Shown: piece after piece, positions 11,018 to 23,079 of the stretch
Position numbering within the stretch: position 1 is the stretch's first letter
How the letters are laid out: the number at the start of each line of letters is the position of its first letter
Program-made: the position numbers and the translations under genes
Source: Elsinoe ampelina
Lineage: Eukaryota
NCBI GenBank assembly: GCA_010093995.1
Contig: ML992524.1
Location: 35,606-83,020 of the forward strand
DNA: 47,415 bases
Reading direction: 5' to 3'
Notes under the pieces: generated by a model
Databases searched by the model: none
The model's input: the letters and a program-made list of their open reading frames with translations, nothing else
What the model was told of the DNA's origin: nothing

Positions 11018-14000
11018 TTACAGAAAGGATAACCATCGAATGACTTTGAAAATAGCCCAGATGACGCTCCGAACGATCTTGAAAAGGGTGAAGATGAACC
11101 ATGCCAACCACATGATGCCCAGTAGTAACCACTCCAGCATGGTGAAACCTATCCTTCGTACCATTCGCCAGTTACGCCGGCGTCGTCTCATCAGACTGTC
11201 TATAGCATCATGGACATTCTTGACAGCCAATGTCTGGTGAGTGTTGAGATCCGTGGCAAAAGCATCGGCATCATCCGCGGTGGACTGAACTTTGATGGTG
11301 AGTTGTTCGCCAACAACGTGTCGAAGCTGATCAATCCTGTCCCGCAACTCGGGGATCTTACTGTCGCGGAATTGCTGCAATTCTTGCTCGGAGGTTCGGT
11401 GGAGGCCAATAATCGCTTCTGACCACAGTCGGCCAGCTGTTCGACATTCGTTTCGGTGAGACACGTTGTCCATCCGTTTGCCAGTCTTGTCCATGATTGC
11501 AACGAGAAAGTCGGAACGCTTGTCTGGAACGGCGTCACCTCTTCTGCAAAGCTCGCAGGCTTTGATGCCGGAGCTAAGGAATAGTGCCTTGACTCTCTCG
11601 ACATCACGAATGCCGATTGATTGGGCTGTTGTGATTGTTGGCCGATCCGGCTGATTGGCGATGCTCCATTGTCGGGGTCGCCTACCGACCGGCTCCTCCA
11701 GCTCGCCATTTCCGAATCCGGATGGTTTGACACTAAAGTCCGCAGTAGAATTCTGTGTCGACAATTGCGGCCTAATGGAAGGTGGTCTGCTTGGTCCAGT
11801 ACCTGACCGAAGTCGCTTGATGGGTGACAGAAGCCCACGCAATCCCTGGCTATCGTCTTCTTTCGCGCTCCGGATTCTGGACTGATCCTCGGCATCAGGT
11901 ACTTCAATACGTGGCGGTCCCATTTTGGTGTGTCGAGAACTTTTGCTCTGCTCGCGTCGAACTCCTTGCTGTTTGGTGATGGGATCCCCAGTATCATTAA
12001 GATTCTGCCGACTTTCGGAGGTGCCCGGAAATTTAAAGGACGGCAAAGGCACGTGGTATCGTGGCTTGTCGGATGATACTGATGAGACAGACATGTCGGT
12101 TCCCCGACGACTGAGCTTCTTATCATCGTCGCTGTCGGACATGTCACTTGCGTCAGATAGTGGTTGAGCACTTCGCGGGCTTCTTGTACCATCTTTCCTG
12201 TCCCGATCTGATTTGCGTGTGGTCTCACCACGTACGAGCTCAGCGATGCGAGAAGTCTTGAGAATACGCGACATACTCTTACCGTGCCCTCTCGTCGACT
12301 TGTCGATGTCAGAATCCAGAGCCAGCTTGCGATTGCTCGAGACGCTCTTGTTCGTGCCGTGTCTGCGTAGTGTGAACGAGCGAGTAGACTCGAAACTTGG
12401 TCGTCCCGGTTCTACTGATGCAGGCTCTTCAACCTGGATCGGCTCCTTAGCTGACCCATTGGCCTGAGCAAAGTCCATGTAGCTGGTCTCAGGGTTTCGT
12501 GACTTCATTAGCTCGCCGTCGATGTGACGAGGTGACATGCTGGATGATTGATAGGTAGTTGCGGACAGTGGCATCTGGCTAAATGTCTCGGAAGCGCTTC
12601 TGACAGTGATCTCGCCAGTCTGCGGTGTCAGCAAATTATTGGCTCGCTTCATGTCTCCGGCCTTGTTCGCCGGTTGACCAGTTCCTTCGGTAAAGGATCT
12701 CGATTTATGAAGATCGAGAGGAGCCGGCTTGAGTCCACGCTTTTGGGCAAGACTTGCTGTTCTTTCAAGCTCGGTCCCAAGCTGAGCATCAGGAAACTTC
12801 TCCGCCTCAGGTGGAAGTCCATCCCATTGACCTGGCGATACAACCCCATCGGGACTGTTGAATTCCGCTTTCTGCATCTGCTTCTGCATGTGCCTAACCA
12901 GTGGACCGATGTTGACGCCGTCGGCAGTAGAGCCACCGAAGGTCCCGAAGGCAGATATGGAGGATCTGCTTGATGCTCCGGAAGAACTCGCGGATCTGTT
13001 ACGTCGCCAAGGTCGCCGACGACCTTCGTCATCGTTCAGCTTGTGTATTGACAGAAATTTGCGTTTGTGTCGACCCCTAGGCTCCGTCTTCTCATGACGA
13101 TCGTGATGGTCGGAGTTATGACGGTTGTCGGCCACCTGATCATGATCACTTCTTTCGTGGGAGGTATCAGGGGATTTCATGTCCGGGAATATTCGCTGTC
13201 CACGGCGATTCTCAACAGACCACTTGTTGTCCGGGCTTTCTGTCCACAGGGTGTCGGCAAATAGAGCCATCGGGGTGAAGGACCATGCAGAATTGGACCA
13301 TAGTACTTTGAAGGATGCAGTCCCATCTCGTCGATGATTGAAGCGATCTTCGTGATTGGCCGTGTCGCTGTGCCACCGTGGCAGAGCAACCATATCTGGC
13401 ATTGTCAGAATCCGGGATTGATCTGATCTCGAAGCGGTCTGATTAACGAATGTGCCGACTCTTTCCAGGTCCTCAAAATCTCCAGGCGGAGGTATGAGGT
13501 GTTGACCTTGACGCTTCCTGAGCCGTTCATTCCGCAGATACTGTAATGGATTGTATGCTCGACCAAGATCATGCCGCGCATCAGTGTTCGTCTCGGTTCT
13601 GGTGATGATCGGGAGTGGACTTCCAGGCACGCTCTGAGTTTGCACCGATACATTCCCAGGTGCAGAGCGATCTGGCTTGAGGGGCGGCAGACAAGTAAGC
13701 AGCCGACGGTACTGGGACGATAATTCAAAGTACTGCCGTGCACGCTCTGCCCTCTGCAAGGTTGAGACGGAGAAGTCAAAATCGACATCCATAGATTGAC
13801 GATCCTGATCGAGACTGGATTTCAGCTTCGTTGCCGGAGCAGGTGAAGAAGAGTTGTAGGGCTCCGGGGTTGGAGACAGGTATGGAGACGGCCTTGCTGA
13901 CATTCTCTTCCTGAGCAGGTCGTTGGAAAGAGGAGAACCAGGTATGATGGATGTTCTTTGCGTCCCTGTCGAGACCACCCGACGAGAGATGATTGGTTTG

Positions 14001-14677
14001 GGGGACTGGCTGACACCACTTGCAGCGCGACGACGGCCATCGCTGAGAGCCAACGCCATGCTGATCAGTTGGTTTGGGTCAATGGTCGATGAAGCCTCGG
14101 AGCTTCTCGACGCTCCAGATCCATACTGGCTACCTCGCGAATGCTCTGAGCGGCCATCCTCCATATTGTCTGTAGTCGGGACGGTGGGTTTTCCATTGCT
14201 CCTTTCAGCATGAGCAATGTGGGCAGGTAGCTTTCCCTGGCTCTTCAATGACCTACTCGAACTTGGCGAGGGTGTTGCTCCGTCCTGCGCGAAACCAAGT
14301 GTAGCAACCTGACCATCTCTTGCTGGCGAGTCTCGCGGTAGGTAATTTGAATGCCGCTTTGTCTTTCCAAATGAATTCCCGAGCAGAAAGCCTCCAGAAT
14401 GACGCTTACTCGAAGTCCGTGTGGGCTTCGGTGAGCTCGATGCGGTCTGGTCAAGCACAGAGTATCGCTGCTTGCTCGGCGTATTCTTTTCTAAAAGTTC
14501 ACCCCCGCCCCTACTGCTGTCGGTCATGCTCGTAGGGTGCCATGAAGTTCGATCATGACGTTGTGCTACCCCTCCTGATCGTGGGTTACTGTCAAAGTGT
14601 CCTTGCGATGCCTGTGGTCTGTCCGGAGTAGCTCGCTGAGCTGTCGGACCAGAGAGAAGTCTCTCATCGTTGGTCAT
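11018..14677 (-). CDS. Conserved fungal protein, probably Mtc4 (maintenance of telomere capping) family
   Basis: 1219-aa single ORF, largely S/P/R-rich disordered. Contains a YNPLQYLRNERLR block that I recall from Mtc4-family proteins, plus a C-terminal coiled coil and transmembrane helix. Family call is from memory. Confidence 0.6.
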   Translation of the reverse strand: MTNDERLLSGPTAQRATPDRPQASQGHFDSNPRSGGVAQRHDRTSWHPTSMTDSSRGGGELLEKNTPSKQRYSVLDQTASSSPKPTRTSSKRHSGGFLLGNSFGKTKRHSNYLPRDSPARDGQVATLGFAQDGATPSPSSSRSLKSQGKLPAHIAHAERSNGKPTVPTTDNMEDGRSEHSRGSQYGSGASRSSEASSTIDPNQLISMALALSDGRRRAASGVSQSPKPIISRRVVSTGTQRTSIIPGSPLSNDLLRKRMSARPSPYLSPTPEPYNSSSPAPATKLKSSLDQDRQSMDVDFDFSVSTLQRAERARQYFELSSQYRRLLTCLPPLKPDRSAPGNVSVQTQSVPGSPLPIITRTETNTDARHDLGRAYNPLQYLRNERLRKRQGQHLIPPPGDFEDLERVGTFVNQTASRSDQSRILTMPDMVALPRWHSDTANHEDRFNHRRDGTASFKVLWSNSAWSFTPMALFADTLWTESPDNKWSVENRRGQRIFPDMKSPDTSHERSDHDQVADNRHNSDHHDRHEKTEPRGRHKRKFLSIHKLNDDEGRRRPWRRNRSASSSGASSRSSISAFGTFGGSTADGVNIGPLVRHMQKQMQKAEFNSPDGVVSPGQWDGLPPEAEKFPDAQLGTELERTASLAQKRGLKPAPLDLHKSRSFTEGTGQPANKAGDMKRANNLLTPQTGEITVRSASETFSQMPLSATTYQSSSMSPRHIDGELMKSRNPETSYMDFAQANGSAKEPIQVEEPASVEPGRPSFESTRSFTLRRHGTNKSVSSNRKLALDSDIDKSTRGHGKSMSRILKTSRIAELVRGETTRKSDRDRKDGTRSPRSAQPLSDASDMSDSDDDKKLSRRGTDMSVSSVSSDKPRYHVPLPSFKFPGTSESRQNLNDTGDPITKQQGVRREQSKSSRHTKMGPPRIEVPDAEDQSRIRSAKEDDSQGLRGLLSPIKRLRSGTGPSRPPSIRPQLSTQNSTADFSVKPSGFGNGELEEPVGRRPRQWSIANQPDRPTITTAQSIGIRDVERVKALFLSSGIKACELCRRGDAVPDKRSDFLVAIMDKTGKRMDNVSHRNECRTAGRLWSEAIIGLHRTSEQELQQFRDSKIPELRDRIDQLRHVVGEQLTIKVQSTADDADAFATDLNTHQTLAVKNVHDAIDSLMRRRRRNWRMVRRIGFTMLEWLLLGIMWLAWFIFTLFKIVRSVIWAIFKVIRWLSFL

Positions 14678-15618
14678 CTGAGTGATTCTGGAGGGACATG
14701 ACCAGTCACCTCCTGTTCATCAGCAAATTGTGGCCTGGTCGAGTTCGGTCATTGCAGTCGTGGAAGCTACAAGGCTCTCCGGCGACTATCCGGAATGATT
14801 TGAGCGATCAGATCATCAAGAATCTCCGTATCAGATCGTCGGGAACCTACTGATGCTGGCCTAGATCCTTCGGACCTCAAGGTGTTGTCAAAGTCATGTC
14901 AACCTCAAGATAACTTTAGACTTTCGAGACATGTGAAGCGCCGAGCCGGCAAAATCTGCTGCCGACAGGGTCTAGCCGTTCGCGTGGCAAGACTAGGCTA
15001 TCACTCCATGTTCGGTATAGAAGTGCAGCATCTTTCATACCCCTTTGGGCCTAGCCGGGTTTAAATTTAATATGTAGCGTTCGTCTTGCAGCATCACAGA
15101 CGGTCACAGAGCCTCAAATAGATTCCCTTGCCTTCCTCGTAAAAGTCCAATACCTTCACGGTCCAATGTCATGCTCTTCGACCGCTGAACTTCAACCGAT
15201 ACCTCTAGCAAGCCCAGGCGCTACCTTTCTCTGCGCCGAGCTGATCTTCGACTGGAACATCCCAGGGCAGACAGTCATCTATACCAGATCAAGACCAACT
15301 CCCAAAGCTGTTTTCACCCTCTTCCACTAGATCTCCGGATGACTGTGGGTGTTCTGCATCGGAAGTAACAACGGCAGTGAAATCTTCTGCATCCGGGCAG
15401 CCCTCTGTGGCCTCTTTAAGCTATTGGACGGCTTCACGTCTTTGGGCACAGAGCATTTGTGCTGCAGAACTTTGAGCAGATGCAATGTGTCATCTCCTTG
15501 ATATGAATCCAGAATGGTGAAGGGGTGGCGTCTGCTGAGTGGTCGGGTTGTGGTACCTGTAGAGGCGGGGGCCTGGGTCATGGCGAAGCAGAGATGGTCG
15601 CAGACCGGGGACAATCCA

Positions 15619-16072
15619 TCATATAGATTGTTGCTCAACGTATCGTCTCATGCCATCAAACTGTGTGCGGCCAGTCTCTGCATGTCAGCATTCGCCTATC
15701 AGATTCGCGGAGATGCACGGCGTACAGATATGAGGTATCGAATATGGCCAATATCATAGACGTTCTTGTGCCTTTCAAACTCATCCCGAGCGAACTGACG
15801 CATTTCGACCCTCGTGCTGGACCGTGGTATCTCTGCGGCCAGATTAGTATCGAGTGGCCATCTCGAGTGGTTTCTGACTTACTGTGTAAAGACCTGACAA
15901 TGTCTCGCCATAGATCCAGAGCTCTCTTTCTTTGTACAAACTGCCAGCGTCAACGAGATTGTGTTGAGGGAAGAGCGTAGCGTACATGCTCCAAAGTCAG
16001 CATCTGCTTTCCACCCTTGAAGTGCCGGCCGGCGTTGATGGTGGCGTTTCTACATGGACTCGCAAAAACCAT
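15619..16072 (-). CDS. LYRM2: LYR-motif protein, LYRM2-like (102 aa, 4 exons; not in ORF track)
   Basis: Exons 16072-15986, 15940-15883, 15832-15726 and 15675-15619 give ...LTLEHFVQRKRALDLWRDIVRSLHKIPRSSTRVEMRQFARDEFERHKNVYDIGHIRYLISTGRTQFDGMRRYVEQQSI. Donors GTACGC/GTAAGT/GTACGC, with branch sites. Confidence 0.85.
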
Positions 16073-16322
16073 CTCAATCTCAGAATGAACACGATTATCT
16101 TAGATCCTACCCACTCCGACAATGTGGAATTAGTGTACGGGCAGTAAATAGATAGCTTGTGAGGGATCGCCGGCGAAGTGTGTGGAGTTGAGGTGGTCAA
16201 GATGAAGCCGAAGATACAGAGAGCCAAAAAGTCACGACTACGACCACATATTTTGCATCGCCACGATCCTCTGGAAATTCTTGTGTCATTTTTGTTCGGA
16301 TAGAAAGAGTCAGTCCATTATC

Positions 16323-17093
16323 ATGAAACGCAAAAGAGACGACATCGACATTATCAAAGCGGTCAACAACTTGACGCTCACAGAGTTCAAGGAAGCACAT
16401 TTTCCATCACACCTTGCCACCTCGAAGTTATCACCAGAAACGGACAAGTCTGAAAAGATCTGGGTAGCAGAGCTACATGTATCACCAGTAGCGACCAGAA
16501 TCACCAACGCAGGTGACCGATTGTCGGATGTTGATCTAGAGGCATGCCTAGCACTGGTGGAGCAGACTTCAAGCAAGGACTATGCCGCATCAGCCATGGG
16601 ATGGCACAAAGGCCGCAAACGACGTGAGATGCGCGACAGGGATATGAGGTACTTTATTGTCCGAAACGAAACCTCCCAGGGTACTCAGGCAGGAGAAAAT
16701 ACTGGATCCGTGACAGGGTTCTTGTCATTCATGTTGACTCACGAGGATGGATTACCGGTCATATATGTTTATGAGATCCATCTCAAACCTCCAATCCGGA
16801 AGACTGGTGTGGGCAGGCACTTGATGGATGTGGTTGAGCGGATAGGCGAGAGCGTTGGAGTGCACAAGAGTATGCTGACTGTGTTCCGGAGCAACGACAA
16901 AGCAGTCAAGTGGTATGAGAGACTGGGCTACACGGTGGACGAGTATAGTCCACCGGACAAGAAGCTGAGAGGGGACAAGGTCAAACAGGCGGACTACCTG
17001 ATATTAAGCAAGACGCTGTCGAGGCTCACGAGAAACACTCAGGCCGACGACGGTGAACATACGAGGAATGGAGGTGTTGACGATGATTCATGA
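16323..17093 (+). CDS. NAT4: N-alpha-acetyltransferase 40 (NatD, histone H4/H2A), GNAT fold
   Basis: DYAASAMGW..KRREM, GFLSFML, VIYVYEIHL...GVGRHLM, MLTVFRSN..A..WYERLGY..DEYSP, YLILSK. Confidence 0.88.
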   Translation: MKRKRDDIDIIKAVNNLTLTEFKEAHFPSHLATSKLSPETDKSEKIWVAELHVSPVATRITNAGDRLSDVDLEACLALVEQTSSKDYAASAMGWHKGRKRREMRDRDMRYFIVRNETSQGTQAGENTGSVTGFLSFMLTHEDGLPVIYVYEIHLKPPIRKTGVGRHLMDVVERIGESVGVHKSMLTVFRSNDKAVKWYERLGYTVDEYSPPDKKLRGDKVKQADYLILSKTLSRLTRNTQADDGEHTRNGGVDDDS

Positions 17094-17096
17094 CTG

Positions 17097-18523
17097 TCAT
17101 ATCTGCCTGACGTCTTTCCCTTTCATATCTGGTCTCTCGACTTCCCACTCTTCTCGAACGACTGCATAGAGCACATCGGCCAGTATCACAACCAGCCCCA
17201 GACTCCAAACCAGAGTGATGGCGTAGAAGAAATTGGCGTTACCGCTGCCTGCGTAGATCCAGAGGTAGTAGAATGCTGGGCCGAGCAAGGATGTATAAAG
17301 TAGCGAGGAAAGAGCGGTGAACATGTATCGAGTCACTGTCAAGTCAGCCAAGAAAAAGAATCACAGATACGGCTTTCCTCACTATCGAACACATGTCCAT
17401 ACAGACTCAGCATAGACATGAAGGCGCCGGCATCTCCTACATTTGCATATGGCTGGAAGATGGCAAAGACTCCACACATGAGGACGACAGCTGCGAGAGG
17501 TTGTTTCTTCAACCTTAGAGTCAAGACCGGTGCGTAGGAAGCCATGTGAATCCAGAACACGCCCAGGAAGAAGGACCTGAAGGAATCGAACATCTCGATA
17601 AAGAAATACCACCAGAGACCGACGTTGGGCGTCAGATCCGGCAGTAAAAGTCTGGTGCCGTAGACTGAACGAAGGAATGACCAATCTTGCACAAGGAAGA
17701 ATGACAGTCCAAGCAGTATGGCGAAGAAGGCTGCAAACGCAATCGAGTACTGGATGGAAAAGGCCGCCCAAGACTGCGATTTCTTTGGATTCCGTAGAGC
17801 GGCCCGATCATGACAGAATATTGCCAGTGCAGGCAGAAGGAGTCCTGGATGCAGAGAGGTGTATGACGCCAAAGCTAAAGCAAAGGCCGAACTCATAGCC
17901 GCTCCTGAGCATGCTTTCGCAGTAGCTAAAACGACAAAGTAAGTGGCAAAGACTGATGTCGGCCTTCCAAGGCAAGTCAAGACGGTGAATGGATTGAAGA
18001 GATAGCTGCCGATGATCAGTGTGGGATGTGCATGTATATAAATGATCAGCCCACCAAGCAGCCACCGCAGTCGAACTCCATTTTCGATCCTTTCGAGGAC
18101 TCTTGAAAGTTGCAGACTCGACAGCAGCATTTGTCTCGGCAATGGTGACGAGTGCTCGGGCTGTCAAGATATCCAAAATGATGTAGATGCCCACAGTCGT
18201 CAACGTTGATCGAGCAATGTCCGGTATCAAGGAGAAGAAGGACAGAAGTAGAGGTACTTGATGAAAGACGCCACCATCATACGGAGAGACTCCATGCTTG
18301 TACAGGAACAGTCCTTCTTGTACTGTGTCCCAGTCAGCGAATGCGTATGCGCCACGATAGAAGATTACTCGCATCTCTTGAATCCAGTGACAGGTGTTGC
18401 GATCTCGACGCGGCCACTGAGAAAGTCTGGAAGATCTGGAAAGGCCAATGCGAGACCGAATCTGACGGCTGCAGCCCCAGCGAAGAGCAGGTAAGATTGC
18501 TGCACGCCGTCTCGAGATGTCAT
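17097..18523 (-). CDS. GAB1: GPI transamidase subunit PIG-U
   Basis: RVEIATPVTGFKRLQEGLFLY, SPYDGGVFHQ, YLFNPFT, DLTPNVGLWWYFFIEMFDSFR, GSGNANFFYAITLVW. Three introns, the first GC-AG (18323-18372). Confidence 0.93.
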
Positions 18524-18729
18524 GATGTTGAAAGCATTTGTGATGATAATTGGTAGAGAAATCGATGGCAGCAACTCCACCAGAGGAGGAGAGTCGCCGA
18601 AACAAGGTTCACGCTAGCCGAGCTTAAATCCGGCAGAAAAAGACGAAACCTTCTTGATATGGCGGGGATCCAAGAAATATTTCTGGATTCTGCTTGTCCA
18701 ACTATACCACACGACAAGTAGCCGCCGCC

Positions 18730-20871
18730 ATGGCCAGAATCAAGAAGAGGGGTCAGTACGGTCCTGTCATCGCGCAACATACCTTCTGACAATCACAGGC
18801 ACCTCCGGGCAGGCCAAAAACTACATCACCCGCACCCAAGCAGTTCGCAAGCTTCAGCTCTCTCTACCAGACTTCCGGCGATTATGTATCTTCAAGGGTG
18901 AGTAGAGACAGCACATTGAAGGGGCGATCGTATAAGCGCTGACTTTGGCAAGGCATATACCCTCGGGAACCGCGCAACAGGAAAAAGGCCTCCAAGTCTG
19001 CGACCCATTCGACCACATTCTACTACACAAAGGACATACAATACCTTCTCCACGAACCTCTCCTCGCCAAGTTCCGCGACCACAAAGCACTCGGCAAGAA
19101 AATCGCAAGAGCTCTTGGAAAGAATGAAGTCGCCAGTGCGCAGCGCCTCGAGCGCAACCTCACACCTCGCATGACCCTGGACCACATCATCAAAGAGCGC
19201 TACCCTACGTTTGTAGATGCTCTACGGGACCTCGATGATGCCCTCAGCATGTTATTCCTCTTCGCCAACCTACCACAGACCGACACAGTCTCACCCAAGA
19301 TCATTGCTCTTTGCCAGCGGTTATGTAGTGAGTTCGAGCACTACATCATTCGGACGAATAGTTTGCGAAAGAGTTTCTTGAGTATCAAGGGAATATACTA
19401 CCAAGCCACGATTCAAGGGCAGGATATCCTATGGCTGGTGCCTTACAAGTTCGTGCAGCGAGTGACAGGAGATGTGGATTTCAGAATCATGGGCACCTTT
19501 GTGGAATTTTACACGACTTTACTTGGATTCGTCAACTACCGCTTGTACACGAGCATCGGTCTAGTGTATCCGCCAAAGTTCGACGTGGAGAGCGACGAGA
19601 AGGGTGGTGAGCTGGGCGCATTCCGACTTGAGAATCAGAATGTGGTGCGACAACCGCAGCTCACGAATGGACACACCAACGGCGAAGTCCCTCAGATCAC
19701 TTCTGAAGTAGCACAAGCAGAAGCCGACAAGCTCCTCACCTCATCACAACCCGACCCGACTGTGCCAGCCAGCTCCTACGAGACAGCCCCAGAAACGACC
19801 AACAATGATGACCCAGAATCTACCTCCAACGAGATCGACACCTTCGCCCCAATCGACCCGACTGCAGATACGCTCCTCCAACCCTCCATATCAACCTCAA
19901 CCGTCGCCTCCCTCTTCGCCCCCTTCACATTCTTCCTCGCCCGCGAAACCCCACGACACCCAATCGAATTCCTCCTCCGCTCCTTCGGCTGCAAACGCGT
20001 CGGCTGGGACGCTATCCTCGGCGACGGCTCCTACGTGACCGACGAGACAGACAAGCGCATCACGCACCAAGTCGTAGACCGGCCCGACCTACCCCTTCCC
20101 GAGATACCTGCAGAAGACGACTCGACAGAGACACCACGTAGGCTCCGCCCGGGCGAGCGCGTCCCTGGTAGAGTCTACATTCAGCCTCAATGGGTGTGGG
20201 ATTGTATCAACGCCGGCAAGCTGTTGCGGACAGATCTGTATGCTCCTGGCGCAGTGTTACCCCCGCATTTGAGTCCATTCGTCAAGGCAAGAAAGGGCGA
20301 GTACGATCCCACCAAACCGCTTGCTGAACAAGAAGAAGAAGGCGAGAGGGAGGCTGCGGCCGAAATCGAAGCTGCCGCAGAAGAGGAAATGGAAGACGAA
20401 GACGAGGACATGGAAGCCGATGATGAAAAGACGGTGGACAAGCCCATCGACCGGGACGCAGACGTGGAGACTGGCGAAGGCATGGACGTCGAGCTAGGCT
20501 CATCTGGATCCGAGGATGACGACGAGGAGGAGCAAGTCGTAGACGAAGAATGGACTGGTCTCGACTCGGACGCCTCGGACGGCGAAACCGACAACCTCTC
20601 CTCGTACCAACGCGAGCTCGAAGCCGAGGCTTCAGGCCGCAACACCGCAGACGCTGGGTCCACACCGGCCAAGGGTCTCAAGAACGCGGCGCAAAAGAAG
20701 AGGGAGAAGCAGAAGAAGGAACAGCAGGAGGAGACGGACAGGCAGAAGATGATGCTCAGTAGGAGGAAAAGGAAATTGTTTGAGAAGATGCAGTATAGTA
20801 ATAACAAGCGGGATGAGCAGGCTGAGAAGTTGAGGGGGAAGAGGCGGAGGATTGAGGGGAAGGGGACATAG
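18730..20871 (+). CDS. NOP7: Pescadillo homolog (60S biogenesis, BRCT domain)
   Basis: [85 protein letters not shown]. Two 5' introns. Confidence 0.96.
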
Positions 20872-21002
20872 ATATCAAGGTGGAACGTTTGGTAAAAAAG
20901 GGGTATGCATCTTCTATGCCTTTCGTGGGTACTATACACAGTGCTGCTAGCTGTATACCATTTCTTCTTTCGTCCGACTTTTGGTACAAGGGAATCTGTG
21001 AA

Positions 21003-23079
21003 CTAGTCGACAAGCAAGCTCTGAAGTCTCGCTTCCGTCGAGATGACCTGTGCATGTTAGCGAGGCCGTCAAATAGGTATAAATCAATGGAGGACTGACC
21101 TCCAACGCCTGTCTCGTCTCTAATACCCGTCTGCATTCACCAACCCAGTCCTTGCTTAAAACGCCAGCCCAACCATGAAGACCATTCATCTCGCGAGCGG
21201 CACCGTCCAAATCGCCTTCCTCCAGCAGATTCTCCGTCCTGGTGAGTACTGCCTCGACATCGCTTCCTTCGGGCATACCCTCACCCTTTTTGCTGAACAT
21301 CAGCATGCTGAGAACGGCAGATGCTGCATGGCTTGCGACACCTGCGTCTTCTGGCAGTAGCGCAGCCTTCCGGACTTCTGAAGCGACTCTTCGAAAGCGG
21401 TCTATCAAGTGTGCTGAAGTTGGGAGACCGCGCTGATATGCGACAGGGGGGATGCTGGCGATGGCAGCGTTGACAACATCATTGCTGTTGCCGACTTCTT
21501 TGAGCGCGGCGAGTTCGGCGACAAACGGGGTAGGGTGATCGTATTGCTCGATGGCGGACTTTACGGCATCAAGAGCGACATGCAGATGCTGAGTCTGCAG
21601 GTTGGTATCAATCACGTTGTTCCACTCTGCAGTCAAGCGCTCGAGCTCCTTGACGGACGACGAGAGCTGGTTGAGCTTGCCTAGTCGACCCTTTCGCTCT
21701 GCCTCAACTCGCTGCTCAATCTGACGTGCGAATTCGCGATTGAGAGCAATTTGCTGCTCGAGCAGAGCAGTCTCAGTGTTCTGTTCGGCAAGCTTGCGGA
21801 CAGTATCAATTTCGGTGGAGAGCTTGGACTGATATGATTGCGAGATCTTCTCCCGTTCTGACTCGTACTCTTCCCGCCAACGAAGCTCCTGATCTTGCAT
21901 CTCGCGCTCGAGCCGTGAGACCAGCTCTTTCGCGGCCGTGTCAAAGTCCTTGTGTGCCGACGTGATCTTCTGCTCGGCATCTGTTTGGATCTGCTCCTTC
22001 AAAGTCGCGATTGAAGAAACAATGGTCGATATTTGGTCCTTCGCTTTGTCGATGGTGGTCTGGTATTTCGAGCTGTTGGAGTCCGAATTGATGACAGTGA
22101 TCAGATCGTTGAGCATCTTGACTGCAGCTTGCACTACAGGCTCTGACGCTTCTGGAACAGCGACATGGTCAACCAGAGCTGCCTTTGGCGCGGGGGGTGG
22201 CTCGGCAGCAGCTGGCACCACAGGAGCTGGAGCAGGCGCGGCTTTGGCTGAAGATTGCGAAGACTTCTTCTCGTCGGCGGATGCTTGTATCTTTGTCTCG
22301 GTCTTCTTGTCCTTTTGCTCTCCAGGTTTTGACTGTGATGCTGGAGCGGGCTTGGTGTTGTCTTCCACAGCGCTCAGGTGTCTACCTGGTTTCGCCAGAT
22401 CGCTCTTTGTCTCGTCCGCTACTCTGGCCTGCAGTCCACTCTGTTTGCTGATAGTGACCTTATTCTCGCCGCGAATTTGTGGATAACTCTTTGACTCCAC
22501 CGGCCTTTTCGGGAAGCGCTTGCGGAACTCGCGCTCTTCGAAATAAGCAACCGAGTCCTCGCCAAAGGGCACGTACTCGGTGAAGAAATCGTGGAAGTTG
22601 TCCGAGACCAGCGAGTAGTACACACCACCACCATATCCAAGAACACTGATGATGAACAAGGTGGACAGGAATCGGCGGAATCTCGATCTCTTCTTCGGAG
22701 GTGGAGGTGAGGAAGCGGTCGCGGCGGTGCCAGGTCCAGTCGGTACGCCAGCAGTCTTGGGCGAAGACTTGAGCTCTTCCGGAGAGGGTGGAGTGGGTGG
22801 TACTTGAGGGGGCGTTGTAGATGGAGGGGCCGACGAAGGGATGACAGGGGGCGGAGGTGTATTGGGTGAAGCAATCTTGCTGTCTGATCCAGGCAGGACA
22901 ATCTGGTCGGGCTTGTCTGCGAAGAATCTCTACAGGGTTGTTAGCTTCTCTTCTGCGCGTATCATCAAAAGTTGCATGTGCTGCCATACAGGTCGGTTGA
23001 GGTGCCATTGACCAGTCACCAGACCTGCAGCAGGTCTGGCCGTGACCAGGCGACTCCTTGAGAGAGGAGCGCGCAGCAT
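21003..23079 (-). CDS. MIC60: MICOS subunit Mic60 (mitofilin)
   Basis: Presequence MLRAPLSRSRL, TM helix followed by DNFHDFFTEYVPFGE, coiled coils, mitofilin domain (LLPEDAGVASHA...GDLDGAAREMNGLHGWA). 5' and 3' introns; spliced end VISTEARLQSLLVD*. Confidence 0.93.
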
